Origin: Antedon mediterranea
Lineage: Eukaryota > Animalia > Echinodermata
Length of the DNA stretch: 64,000 nucleotides
Direction of reading: 5' to 3'
Assembly: GCF_964355755.1 (NCBI RefSeq)
Contig: NC_092670.1
Coordinates: forward strand, 27,204,795 to 27,268,794
The position numbers and the translations under genes are program-made. The first letter of the stretch is position 1. Each line of letters starts with the position of its first letter. Of the stretch, positions 52,395 to 64,000 are shown piece by piece. The notes beneath the pieces were generated by a model. It did not search any database. It was not told where the DNA came from and saw only the letters and a list, made by a program, of their open reading frames with translations.

Positions 52395-53830
52395 CTTCTT
52401 TTATTTTATTTTTTTATTAAACCTTATTTAGTGAGGGTGACCCTAAACAGCATATGCTGACAATCAAGGGGCCCTCATATAAACATTATAAAAAAACCTA
52501 TCTGGAAAAAGAAAAACGGATGAACTATGTTTTTAAAAATATATATACATAAATACAAAAATATAGCCTACAATACTATACAAAACGTTGAGGTTTTTCT
52601 TTTGGAATTAAATATTTGTTTAGAGCAGACTTAAAATTGTTTATTGTTACCGCATTTCTTAGTTTAGAGGGTAGCATATTCAGGTATGTTGGTGCTCTAT
52701 AGATAAAGCTGTTCTTATAGGTTTCGGTTTTAGGGAAAGGGATGACACATTTCCTCTCACTGACACTGACTTCGATGATTTTGAATTCTGGCAAGACGCA
52801 GGATAAGAGCAAGACCATTTGCAGACCTGTAGGCAAGGCAGCCCAGTTGTAGATGTATGCGATCTCGGACTGTATGAAGATTTAATGTGTTGTAAATGTT
52901 AGTTCGTGGTGTGAGAGGATGAGCTTTAAGAATAATGCGAAATGCTCTCTGTGGGAGGATTATAGTGTTATAGAGGAGTAATGGATGTGTGCTTATTAAT
53001 GAAATGACGGGCACGCGATAAGATGGACAAGCCCAGTTTGGAACGTAGTGAATTCTGACATGAGTATGGGTTTCAATTTTAACACACTGGGAACGATTTG
53101 AAAAGTAAGATTTTATTAATTGAATAGATGGGCGAGATAAGCCAAAGTTTGGAAGTTTTTGAATGAGAACATGATGGTCAATAAGGTCAAAGGCTTTGCG
53201 AAGATCGATGAATACAGCTCGATCCTGTATAGAGACCTCTGTCAATATTCGAATACCAGTTATTTAGAGTATTGGTTATTGCTGTAAGTGTTGAAAAGCC
53301 TGATCTGGAACCAGACTGACTCGAGAATAGCATATTATGTGTGGTGAAATGTTGCTAAAACTGCGAGTGGGGGATTTTTTTCAGTGATTTTAGAGATATT
53401 AGATAAAATTGATATGGGTCTTTTGTTGAGGTCATGTGTATCCCCAGATTTGTAAACTGGTGTAACAAAAGAGTGTTTCCAGGAAATAATATTTGTTGTG
53501 ATAATGTTATTGATGATGTAGGCAACTGGTTTTGATATGATAGGGGTTGCTGGATCTTACCTCCAATCCCATCCGGTCCGGTGGGCTTTTTACGGTCAAT
53601 TTTTAACAGCTCACTTTAAACAATTTCCCAGTCTTAAAAGTAAATTGGGGTTATCACGTTGGTTAGTTTTATTTGAATCTTTTTCATTAGTGGGCATGTA
53701 ATTTGTTTCATTTTGAAATGAGAGATGGGCCAATATTAGTGAAATAGTCATTAAAAGAATTAGCAATTTCTTGTGGATCATTTATTTCATAGTTATTAAC
53801 AATATAGACTTTGGGAAAAATTTGTTTGTT
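52395..53830 (-). mobile_element. Degraded CR1/L2-group LINE (Crack/Daphne-like), internally deleted
   Basis: Frameshifted ORF2 pieces IANSFNDYFTNIG, KPTGPDG, WKHSFVTPVYKSG, RPISILS, AVFIDLRKAFDLIDH...SYFSNRSQCV and YKNSFIYRAPTYLNMLP...FKSALNKYL; 3' tail GGGCCCC...CAGCATATGCTG...CCCTCACTAAATAAGGTTTAATAAAAAAATAAA. Confidence 0.9.
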
Positions 53831-54848
53831 TTAGGAAGGAGAAGCCCAAGGCCTTCCCACATCCTGCCAGAATCTCCAGCAGAGTTAGCAATTAAAATGG
53901 ATATGAAATGATGTTTAAAAAAATGAGTTAGTTTCATTATCGGAAAGTACGCATAGAAACATGTCAGTCACCTTTATGCTAAATGTTATGGACGTCTGGG
54001 ACCCCCTCTAATCGGTGACAAAAAAATCTTTTTGTGACGTCACTAAAAGAAAAATTTGCATTAGGAGAATTGGGTAATTCACAGTCTTTTGCAGATTGGC
54101 TCTATACTATTACAGAGTTGGCTTATCTGCTTTGCATTTTTGTTTATGAATATGGTTTTAATATTTTCGGATACAAATATTTTTTTTTTGTCAACCGATT
54201 AATTTTTAAAATGAGTTTTAAAATCTGTTCTTACGGCAATCTTCTGTAAATTTACTAGCGTTTTGCATCGGGAAGCTGGAGAAACGTAGATACAGTGCGC
54301 ATGTGTGAAAATATCAATTACACGCGGCGGGCGAATTTTTTTTTCGTAGGTAAGTGAGGAAAAAATTATGAATTATTCATAAGACGTCTCAACTACATCC
54401 ATTGCGCATGTGCGACTTCCGCGAAGGATAATTCTTTTCTCTATATCATATATATGGATAAACCATGGAGTGTTTTGCTTCATGGATAAAACAAACTACT
54501 TTTTGACGACACAGCCATTCGCTTTAGCAATAAATATAAGTATACATTAATTTACTGTATCTCGAAAATATGCCGCGTTAGTAGCTATTAGTATTATATT
54601 AGTAAGGCCTAGTAGGCCTAGAAGTAGCTGGGACAACAGCCTAGCTAACTGCGCTAGCCTACTAGAGTACTCCATGGTGATACCAAGGCATTGTGTAGTT
54701 AAGTGGAGAATTGACTTTGAAAATTCTTATCGAATTCCTGAACAATTATAGTAATCAGAACAGTACTGTGGTTGGTCAACTAGCGTTCCAGTTTTAAGAC
54801 AATACATCCATTCATAACAAGTTCGCATGAAAAGCGTCTATCTAATGG

Positions 54849-55200
54849 TTTTGATTTGATTTGATTTATTTCGGCATCCGTACATAAAAAGTCACAGACA
54901 TACAATTAAAAAATAGCATATATAAAAAATCATGAGACATAAGACCGAATAAAACAAGAAGAATGCCAAGGATAACTCATAAAGTCCTCTACGGACTTGT
55001 TTCCAATGAGGTCCTTTGAAAGAACAGCAAAAAAGACATACAATGAACCATATAATTATTCATAAAAATACTAACAATAAGACTATCAAAATATAGAAAT
55101 AGCGCTTATTAAATAGTTTCTAATGCAAGTGTCCGTTCCTGTAGATATTTTTTAACTTTAATTTTAAACAACAAACAGTTTGTGATTTGGTGACAAAAAT
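54849..55200 (-). mobile_element. 3' end fragment of a CR1/L2-group LINE inside the MULE
   Basis: AATAAATCAAATCAAATCAAA tail on the minus strand and an ORF2-like end (FKIKVKKYLQ). Confidence 0.55.
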
Positions 55201-55306
55201 AGATGTAATTAAAAAATAAGTGTAATTTCTTCCCATTTAAAATGTTTTTACATCATTCTGAATGTTCTCCTGTTTTTATGGCCTTATGATACTTGATCAT
55301 TCATTT

Positions 55307-58009
55307 CTACTTTGTGGAATGTGTCTGTCCAAGAGATGCGTTATTTGTTACACATTGAGATAGCGAGTGAGGTGCGGATACTCTTCTTCTGGGGATAACT
55401 CCTCTCTTTGTGGTGCTACCCCTTTTCTTGGCATAACCATGATCTGATTGGTTCACTTGTTTTGGAGGTCGTCCAGTTATTAAGGCTCGCCATCCTCCCA
55501 ATGGAACCCTGCGCCTCGCTATGGCAGTCGGCTGCACCCCAATTTTGGTAGTCGTTTGGAGGCATTTCTTCGCTCTGATTTTAATTTGCCTTGCAGCAGA
55601 GTGCCCATTATATTTACCGAAAGTAGCCAATGCAGAGACTAAAGCAGCATCCGTAGTGATATTGTCAAACGCGGACATGAATTTCCTTATAGGGGCTTTG
55701 TAAACATCACTATGTTCATTCACCGCCTTGCTGAGCTTTTCAAACATTAATTTCAATCTTTCTTGATCGTCAGTCTGGTCATCGTCGGTTGCTTCTGTAC
55801 ATCTTCCCCGATTCTGAAATGCATTTTCTGCAGAACGCTGTAGATTGAGGGAGTCCAACCTTACAATCTGAGGATCCTGCAGGACAGACTGACCACTCCC
55901 AGTGGTAGCTGCAGTGTTCTCATCTCATGTACAGTACTCTTTTCTCAAGGTCGACATACATAAGTTCTCCTGAGGATGCTCCGTATACCTTTTGAAAGGT
56001 CTTGTAGTATGATCTGTTCATAAAAAGAAAATAAATTTCAGTCAATATCTACGAGAACTAGTGTGCATAATTATACTCGTAACAGGCAGTGTAGTACCCA
56101 CCTGTAGCAAAACTGAAGATCAGGACACATGAAACGGTCTGCACAAACATAAACATATTGTTCTCCGTGTTCTTCTGCAAGATCATGTTTTATTGTCTCA
56201 AGAGCAGATGATGGCGAGTGTCCATGCTCAAAAAGGTCTCTGAGTTTGGCTATAGAATCCTCAGAGACATCTCTTCTCCTTAGCGCATCAGCACATGTTA
56301 TTCGGTGATTATGTTCATTTTTAAGCCTTACGTTGAAGAGGAGGCCATGTTTTACATGCTGATCTTGGGTCCTGAATAACAAAAAGCATTGCATAAATTT
56401 GAGAAAGATAATTGAATAGTTAACTAGTTTTTGGAAATTGCAATGAAACATTGAGTAACTTCAAACTATGTATATCAAATTTGATGTTTCTATAGCCTAA
56501 TTCGAATCGATTGCTAAAATTATATCCTTGTTGTTCTAAGATATACTGTCACCAAAAATCATTAATTATACTCTTCGAAAATGCGAAACTGTTACTTACT
56601 TTGAATTTGTGATGGATCTCTTTAATACCAAGTTCATGGTAGCAGGGCAGCCTGTGTTTTTTGTCCCTTTCCCTGGTTTTGGTTTGGATGACCTGGTATT
56701 GTGTTGGCATCTCATATCAACCTAAAGACAAGAGACAAACAGTAAGCAATAGGGAAATGGCACAACTAAATTATGTTAAAATTTACTTGCCCTCAGTTTG
56801 TCACTTTTTTTTAAGCGAACCAGTACTTGACATTAACATTATCATCATAATTATCATTATTATTAAAATTATAATTCCAGCCACAATTTGTTCTCATTAG
56901 TTTGTTCTACAGATTTGTCTTGTTTGTTCTAATATTGTGGTGATAAAATTAGATTTTTCAAGAGTGAAAAGGGAAGCTTAATCTCAACCTGGAGCGATTC
57001 GAACACATGACCTCTTCCTTAAAAGACATAGCATCCAATTATGTACTCTCTTATTTTATTTATTTTTTGATAATCTTTTTGAATTTTATTAGGGGGAAAA
57101 AAGTAAGTAATGTAAATATATTTACCCTGTATGTATTGTAACGCCCAGAATTGGGATATGTCTTGGATTTTCTCCAAGTTAAAGAAGAGGACCTCTGAAA
57201 TGCTTCAAGCCACTTTTGTACATCTTCCTCTGTTGTTAGCTTCAACCGCAAAAAGCATGTGTAATTTACTTCATCAATATGCTCATGTTTACAAACTTCA
57301 TGATGGTATTCTGCAGGTAGAATGGCCTGAGGAAGTATATTACATATTACAATTTACATATCTCTCTGACAGTGATGATGTAACTCAACTGATTGTAATT
57401 GAATTATTTAATATTTTTAATAAATTATTCATATTATTAATTTATTCATAATTATTACTATTCATAATATTATTAGTATCATTAATTATTATCATCATCA
57501 TTATCATTATATTTAATTATTATTAAATGAATTATTGATCATTATTATTATTAATACATCAGTACATTGCGACTGCGCTCATCGCTGTTGCTAGTGTGTA
57601 GTTAGTAGTACTGTAGCAACCAATGGCATAGCCTACACAACCCTCTATTTGTTTTCCAATCTGATGAAATCATTTAATATGCCATTTCTTCTTCTTCTTA
57701 TCCTATAAAAATAATATTTTTAAAAGGCCTAGCCTAGCTAGGCCTGACCTATATTATTGTGGGCATGGTAACAAACTCGCCCGAGAGCGTTTGCAAAGGA
57801 GGCGCGACAGCACTGACATCATTCATACTGAGTCATCATCGTCGTCCTTTCATCCTCTCTAAACTAGCCTCCTCAGGCTTAGGCGCCAAAGGCTACACGA
57901 TATAATGAAATTATAATAAAGCATAACTGACCTCTAATTTTTCATAGATTACATCGCGTTCTACATCTTCCTCCTCATCATCACAAATTTCGCATTTGGA
58001 TACCGTCAT
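55307..58009 (-). pseudogene. Spliced MULE-type transposase lacking the catalytic core (exons 58009-57932, 57326-57126, 56721-56600, 56371-56102, 56013-...55307)
   Basis: All four introns are GT-AG with consistent phases (0,0,2,2). The product has a WRKY/GCM1/FAR1-like finger RCQH...KNTGCPA...EHNH. The frame breaks at ~55930 and jumps to a basic C-terminus (IGVQPTAIARRR...GRPPK...HSLSQCV). No DDE or SWIM region is visible. Confidence 0.82.
56975..57050 (-). mobile_element. Possible tRNA-derived SINE remnant in a MULE intron
   Basis: B-box-like AGGTCATGTGTTCGAATCGC on the minus strand; no full cloverleaf. Confidence 0.3.
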
Positions 58010-58878
58010 TTTTATCTTTTTTATATTTCGAAAAAGTTTTCTTCTTAATTCTCTGAGCTGCTGTGTGTAACTTTATTTTTTCATAACGTCGCGCGAGAAA
58101 GGTGACGTAATCGCGATCAATGTAATGCGCATGCGCAAATGACTCTGACTGGGATATCATGAATAATTCATATTTTTTGTCCTCACTTACCTACGAAAAA
58201 AAAATTCGCACACGGCGGACGATCATCGCTCTCTACACAGAGAAACCCCGACGCCATTTTTTTTCCATGATCGACGGAGGAGTGCTTATTTTTATAATCA
58301 TTTTGGAAAGGATAGTGAAGAGGAATATTTTGTAGCGGATATAGACCTAGAAGAGGAGTTACTACCAGTAAATCCTAAGATTTTAAGACCGTTCGATAAT
58401 GGCCCACGTCTACCACCATTGCAAAGGCCGCACGCAGCAGACGATCGGTTAGGCTAGGCCTACTCTGTACTGTACTACTAGAGACGCTCGTCGGGCCAGG
58501 GAATTCGAACGGTTTGGCCTTCCACCTAACATGCATGTTAGGCATACATAGGCATAACTATATATATGTATTGGCAAAGGGTCATATCAGTGTGTCACAC
58601 GCTGACGCTGGACAGACAAATTTCAGGAATTTTTTTGTAATGATAGATTTTTCACGAAACGGAAGACATCTTCGTTCGATCGATATGACAAACAATGCCG
58701 TGCAACGAAGCGTAACCAACAACAGAAATAACAGCGTTTTCAGCCTATTTTCGGATGACAAGTTACTTAAAAATTCGCAACTCCTCAACGGACAGTTGTA
58801 TGGACAAAATTTTTACTGTAAAATGTTCTTAAAAGATTAGCCTACATAACTGCGTAATTTAAAAAAATAAAAAAAAAT

Positions 58879-59014
58879 GTTTGTCACTGTTTAAAATCAA
58901 TCGAAAAAAAACCCACAGTGTATAACTATAATAAGCAAAAAAAAAATGCCGGTGACAAACGCCTATGCTTATACACTGTGGTGTTTTTTTCGATGGATTT
59001 TAAGCAGTGAAAAC
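58879..59014. repeat. Inverted repeat, ~46-bp arms, MITE-like
   Basis: GTTTGTCACTGTTTAAAATCAATCGAAAAAAAACCCACAGTGTATAA pairs with TTATACACTGTGGTGTTTTTTTCGATGGATTTTAAGCAGTGAAAAC. Confidence 0.8.
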
Positions 59015-60367
59015 AAATTTCAAAATTAATAATAAATAAATAAAGGGTGAACAAAAATAGGCCAATGCTGCATTACCCGTTATGTTTTAAAATGGTTGAC
59101 TATGTGTGTAATATAAAAAATAGCATTGATACAAGTGTACATTTAATTCATTTATTTTCATTCAGCAAGAAATTAAATAAATATAAAATTACAGTATATA
59201 GATATATAATTGTTAGTGTTTTATTTGATAAAGCTGTAAAATCAGTTAATTCCTTGCGTTTCTTGCCACAACAAGTCAATATTCCATCTGGAAAGATAAG
59301 AAAAGATAGTAAGTATAATATACAGTATATATATAAAGGTAATTGCTATAGCCCCTAAAAAACTCGACTGGTACCATACATAGGTAGCTGCTACTGCCAA
59401 GTATGGTCGTCTGTCGAGTAAACAAAGTTTGAGGAATCTGTATGTAGGTATAGACTTGAATTAACAGCAGTCCAGTACTGTATTTTTAGTAAACAAAAGG
59501 TTAAATAAATAATATAATTCCTATATTCAATAATACTACTGTACTACAGTTTATATGATGGCCATTATTTAGAGTCACGAATAAAAAAGTAGCGCTTACC
59601 CAGGTTTTTTCCATCAGGTACAAATTGTCCAGCTTTTTAGTTTAGTTTACTGGAATGCACGATGCGTGATATTCGAGGCAATCCATCATTCAAAAGGTGG
59701 TCTCCTCTTTTGCCGTCTACTACTACCATTGTCCTTCGTTGGGCTTATTTATCATATTAGCTTTTATGCAAAAAACTTCACTAGGTAAAACTGTAATGAG
59801 GCTTCAAAACCAACGATTCATCTTGTAGAATGTACCGAAGTTTTCGGAGAAAATGTAAACACTCGCGACCGGTGTAAGATTTAAATCTGTCCGGTGTTTG
59901 AAAGTGTCCACTGGACAATTTTCAGCATTGAATATTGTAATACTACCTGTTGAAAATGGCCGCAACCACCCGGGCAGCTTTCATCGATAAAAAAGTAGGA
60001 CCATCGACATCGACATCATATTAACCCCGTAAAAACTAGGGCACTGGACGTTCACCAACTCCCGTTAGGGTAATTATAATTCCTTAGAATACCAACTTGA
60101 ATCGCAAAATATCAAGTCGATTGAAATAAATATTACTATTATTATATCTGGAGACATATAGTCTAATCAAATTAAATTGTTTGTTTTTGATTGAGTAGCC
60201 TATATACAACCTGTTGTCAATTTGAAGTAAATCGACAACTTGAAAAATATATAGCCTACTGTATTATTATTTCGAGGGAATGAATATCACTAAATCATAT
60301 AGGCCTAGGGCCTACCTATTTCGTTATCTCGAAATATTATTTCATTCGAATTCGAATTACTACTTCG

Positions 60368-60411
60368 CGAGAGAACGAAATAATTTCCCTCGAAATTATT
60401 TCGTTCTCTCG

Positions 60412-60473
<62 letters not shown>
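60368..60473. repeat. Perfect 20-bp-stem hairpin followed by ~(ATC)20 microsatellite
   Basis: CGAGAGAACGAAATAATTTC-CCTC-GAAATTATTTCGTTCTCTCG (60368-60411), then ATC repeats; embedded in degenerate TTCGTTCCCTCGAAATATTAT-type subrepeats (~60265-60590). Confidence 0.9.
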
Positions 60474-61118
60474 TCCTTGTCTCGAAGTAGTAATTCGTTT
60501 TTTATATTATTCAGTTCTTGAAATCTTATTTTGTTCTCCCTAAATATATTCGTTCCCTCAAAATATTTTTCAGTTCTCAAATATTATTTTGTAATATTCA
60601 TAATACTGCTACTAATTTAATAATATCAACTGATAACAAAGGTTCTTTAAACAAGTAAGTTCGTCATTGTTAAAGTCAGTTCTTTTTCATTATATTTTTT
60701 TTCACAGATGCCTGATTTTTGTTTTTATTTAATAAAACATTGAATTGGTTAGTCACAATATTTGCTTTGTTTCTAGAGACTTTACATTATTTATTTATTT
60801 ATCTAAAATACATTTGAAAAATATTGTTGATGCATATTACCAAAAAATATTTGTTTTTTATATTTTATATGGCAAAATAAACACCTTAATTGCGCATAAT
60901 AATTATTCGTTCACTCAAGGGTATTTCGGTTTTTTTGTTTTTTTCGAATATTAGGGTATTTCGTTCCCAATACAAACAGTCCAATACCGTTATACATCAA
61001 ATTCATAGAATAATGGCTTATATTGAAATGAAGCGTTTAAAACGTCTTTGCCACAATAAAATGTCTGTACATGCAGCTGAGTTTAAAAAATCGCGGTTGT
61101 ATTTTTGTTTTATATGGA

Positions 61119-62106
61119 CATATAAACATAGAAACCTCCAGCTAATACCAGAAATACCAACAGCTTATGTATCAATTTTTAAAATCAACACCAGCTAATT
61201 TAGAACGGTCAGCAGATAATGTAGTAACGAAAATTGCCTCACAGCTAATGTTGAAAATATTGTATAATTTAAAAACCTGTCTACATCATGTGAAAATGCA
61301 TTTCTTTACTTACCGGTAGCTATCCATCTATCCACGTCTCGTAAGTGACCAACCAACAACTTCTAGTAAGTAACCACCTCTATTGAACGACCACCGTCTC
61401 TGATAATCGCCCACCATCTCTTAACGACCCCACCACTCGTCAAGGACGAGCTATTTTAAAGGACCACCACCTCGGCTTCTCATAATCAACCTCATGACGG
61501 ACTACCTCTCTTAACGACCACGCCTAAAGTGTCGACCTCTCTAAAAAAAAAACGTCCACCTCTCCACTGCGACCACTTCTCATAATCGACTACCATCCGT
61601 AACGACCACCTTTCGCAAATTACCACCTCTATTGAGGTGGTCAGTTACGGGAGGTGTAGTCGGTAAAAGAAGTGGTCGTCTACGAGCGGTGGTAGTTTAT
61701 GAAAAGCAGTCCCTTATGAGAGGAGGTTACCCCTTCAGGAAGTTGTCCATTGTGAGAAGCGGTCCTTTAACAGAGGTAGTCCCTTTTAAATATTAAAGGT
61801 AACCTTTGTTAACAAGGGTAGTTGCTTACGATCAGAGTGCTACGTTTTGAAAGCCGATCACTTACGAGAGGTGGATAGACTGACAGCTAAACTAAGTAGA
61901 GAAATACATTTGCACATGATTTAGACATTTAGGTTTGTAAAATATATAATTATTATTTTATTAGCTGGCGATATTAACTACATCAGCTGTGAGGCAATTT
62001 TCGTTACTTCATTACCTGTTGAGTTGTACATTAGCTAATGTTGATTTTTATTTAATAAATAACTGTTGGTGTTTCTACATTAGCTAGTTCTAGGTTTTAC
62101 TACATG
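61119..62106. mobile_element. ~1-kb foldback (palindromic) element with internal ACGACCACC subrepeats
   Basis: The arms mirror about ACCACCTC-TATT-GAGGTGGT (61622-61641), e.g. GTAACGAAAATTGCCTCACAGCT vs AGCTGTGAGGCAATTTTCGTTAC and TATCCACGTCTCGTAAGTGA vs TCACTTACGAGAGGTGGATA. Confidence 0.82.
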
Positions 62107-62992
62107 GGTGGATTTGACAGTTTCGACGACATTTGCTGCCGTTTTCTACACTAGCGGTTTTGAACAGGGACTAGTGTAAAGGAAATGCCACAAGTTGTGT
62201 TTTTTTATTTTTTTTTATTTATTGTTTTGTGTACTAAAGTGGCAGCATAATCAGTATTTATTTTTACCAGATGTCCAGCAAGGGTAATGTCCCATAACTC
62301 AGGCCACAATTGTCAGGTCAACCTCAAAACAGCGGCTCTCGGGAGATATTAATTACCGGTAGTCGTGTTAACTGTCATCTGTTATTTGTCAGGAGAAGGG
62401 GTGCGAACTTGCCATATCTCAAATTAAGATTACGCTTACCATGAATATGATTTCATTACAAGAATTATATACCACAGTATGTTACGTAATTTAATTCTCT
62501 TATTTTAAAAAATAACTAAATAAATTAGTACATGATTCTAGTATAAGTATTATAAAAAATGTTTCTATTTAATATACAGGGAGCGGGGGTTGCCTCATAG
62601 CCTGAACGGTTTTAATACGAACTTATGTACTATAATATTATTTTACGTAGATTACTATTTAATATTATTTTATTTATTTAACAACATATTTATACAGGAT
62701 TATACACAATCAAGTAGAAATATACTTGTTTTGCATTGTGGTCCTGTCGACAAAAACGGATACAAATTTAAATACAATTTCAATTAATATTATAATATAA
62801 TTTGAGATGAACGTATAATATGTAATAAAGAATAACTATATGATTATATTTTATACTCCTATCTGAATGTGCTATTTATTGTGTAATAGAACGACCGAAG
62901 CGTTTACCAATAAGAGTATCTTCGAAATTTAATTTAATAAATGGCATTTCCCTCCAATAGTTTTTTTCTCTCATTTTTTGTGTACTCGCCAC

Positions 62993-63422
62993 TGTAATAA
63001 ATTACCATTCCCTAACCATGAACATTCTAGAATAAGATGTTTACATTTAAGACATCATGTATAATTAATATAATAACAATCAGGAACATTCCAGTATGCT
63101 ATTAATAGAAACTGTAATCAAATAGAATAAGAAGTATAAAGAATGATATAGAAGGATAGGAACATCTTGTATATAAAGGGATGTAAAACTATTGTCATGT
63201 TGTTGGATATTAGAGGTTGGATATTAGATTGTAAAAGTTATTGTGAAGCTGTTGTTTAAAGTGCTTACTGGGTTGTTGAAAGTTGAAGTTGATTGAAATT
63301 AAAGATTTGTTTTTGAGTTATTTTACAACTTTGTGGATTTGGTGTGTATACTTTTATGTCACAAGGGAGTTCCTAAAGTATTTTCAACCGCTCGGAAACA
63401 TACGTAAAAGGAGTTCGTGACA
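62993..63422 (+). mobile_element. Probable solo LTR (430 bp)
   Basis: TGTAATAAA...TTCGTGACA ends; flanks GCCAC / TCCAC (4/5 TSD); TATA box GTATATAAAGG followed by ATTAAA; GAACATTCTAGAA motif. Confidence 0.65.
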
Positions 63423-63647
63423 TCCACTTAAGGCACAAAGTTTAAATTATAGGCCTACACCTGACAAAACTGTTTGCTCTTTCTTCTAATCGGCAATTGG
63501 TTAAAACAAATGTAGCAAGAAGCTGATTGGCTCAATGTTTGTTCAAAACCTCCTACATTTAAAAAATCATTCACTTTGCTTGCAAAGTTCCAATCACGCT
63601 GTTGTTCGTTACAACCTGCCTTCTTTCTATTTTTACTTATTGTCATT

Positions 63648-64000
63648 ATGACCGATCATGAGTTTGATGCCTTGAGAAACTATCTACAAAACAACGTTTA
63701 TCCTGTAAATTATTCTGAAATATTAAAACGAAGTTTGCGACGGAAAGCCAAGAACTTTACAATTCTTCGTGATATCTTGTATTACAAACAACATTCTGGT
63801 AGATTGTTGCGTGTATTGTTACCGAAAGAAAAAAACGAAGTGTTAAATAGTATCCATAAGCAGGCACATGGTGGTCACTTGGGTGTCAACAAAACGTAAG
63901 TTTAAAGTTTGTCAATTAAATAATATTTAAGCTTCGATAAGTTTCTGGGTGACTTTAAAACTGTTTATATGTTTGGCCAGGTGGAATGCCATCCTGAGAT
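63648..64000 (+). CDS. Ginger/GIN-type (Gypsy-integrase-like) transposase, 5' part; exon 63648-63895, intron 63896-63980, runs off the window
   Basis: MTDHEFDALRNYLQNNVYP...KRSLRRKAKNF...LYYK...IHKQAHGGHLGVNKT is the H-H half of an integrase zinc finger. It has its own ATG and no upstream RT/RNase H. A GTAAGT...GGCCAG intron continues the frame as T|WNAILR. Confidence 0.78.

Larger units (their letters stand above)
54331..58209 (-). mobile_element. Mutator-like (MULE) DNA transposon, internally deleted
   Basis: TIRs GCGAATTTTTTTTTCGTAGGTAAGTGAGGA...ATGAATTATTCAT (~50 bp, weaker to ~85 bp) at both ends; 9-bp TSD ACGCGGCGG / ACACGGCGG (8/9 match); spliced transposase remnant inside. Confidence 0.87.

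Noticed and set aside
58260-58450. Acidic open stretch (…DSEEEYFVADIDLEEELLP…) right of the MULE
   Set aside because: No convincing start or downstream exon could be tied to it; too weak to call.
60280-60543. 87-aa ORF with poly-Ile
   Set aside because: Translation of the (ATC)n microsatellite.
62993-63899. LTR plus integrase as a single LTR retrotransposon
   Set aside because: The LTR has its own flanking TSD and no PBS, and the integrase has an intron and no gag/RT upstream.

Overview
AT-rich eukaryotic (metazoan, probably invertebrate) heterochromatin-like window with no recognisable conserved host gene. Positions 1-31.4 kb are a 97-bp satellite array with local higher-order repeats, interrupted by two nested copies of a ~1.5-kb Helentron/DINE-1-type non-autonomous element. 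At the array edge is a 5.7-kb TC...CTAG Helitron containing a truncated Tx1/L1-clade RT fragment. This is followed by a ~190-bp tandem repeat, a second related Helitron-like element, and a more diverged copy of the same satellite in the opposite orientation. The last 20 kb is a transposon pile: a young Mag-type Gypsy element with three LTRs (the extra LTR joined through a 19-bp PBS-PPT fusion), a TA-x-TA low-complexity tract, a truncated second Gypsy, CR1/L2-group LINE remnants, an internally deleted intron-containing MULE with 9-bp TSD, foldback elements, a solo LTR and the start of an intron-containing Ginger/GIN-type integrase. The most unusual signals are recurrent TA-CAG-TA insertions resembling excision footprints, the TA-x-TA tract, the LTR-PBS/PPT-LTR minimal unit and the self-nested Helentron. 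All calls were read by eye; no database searches were run.
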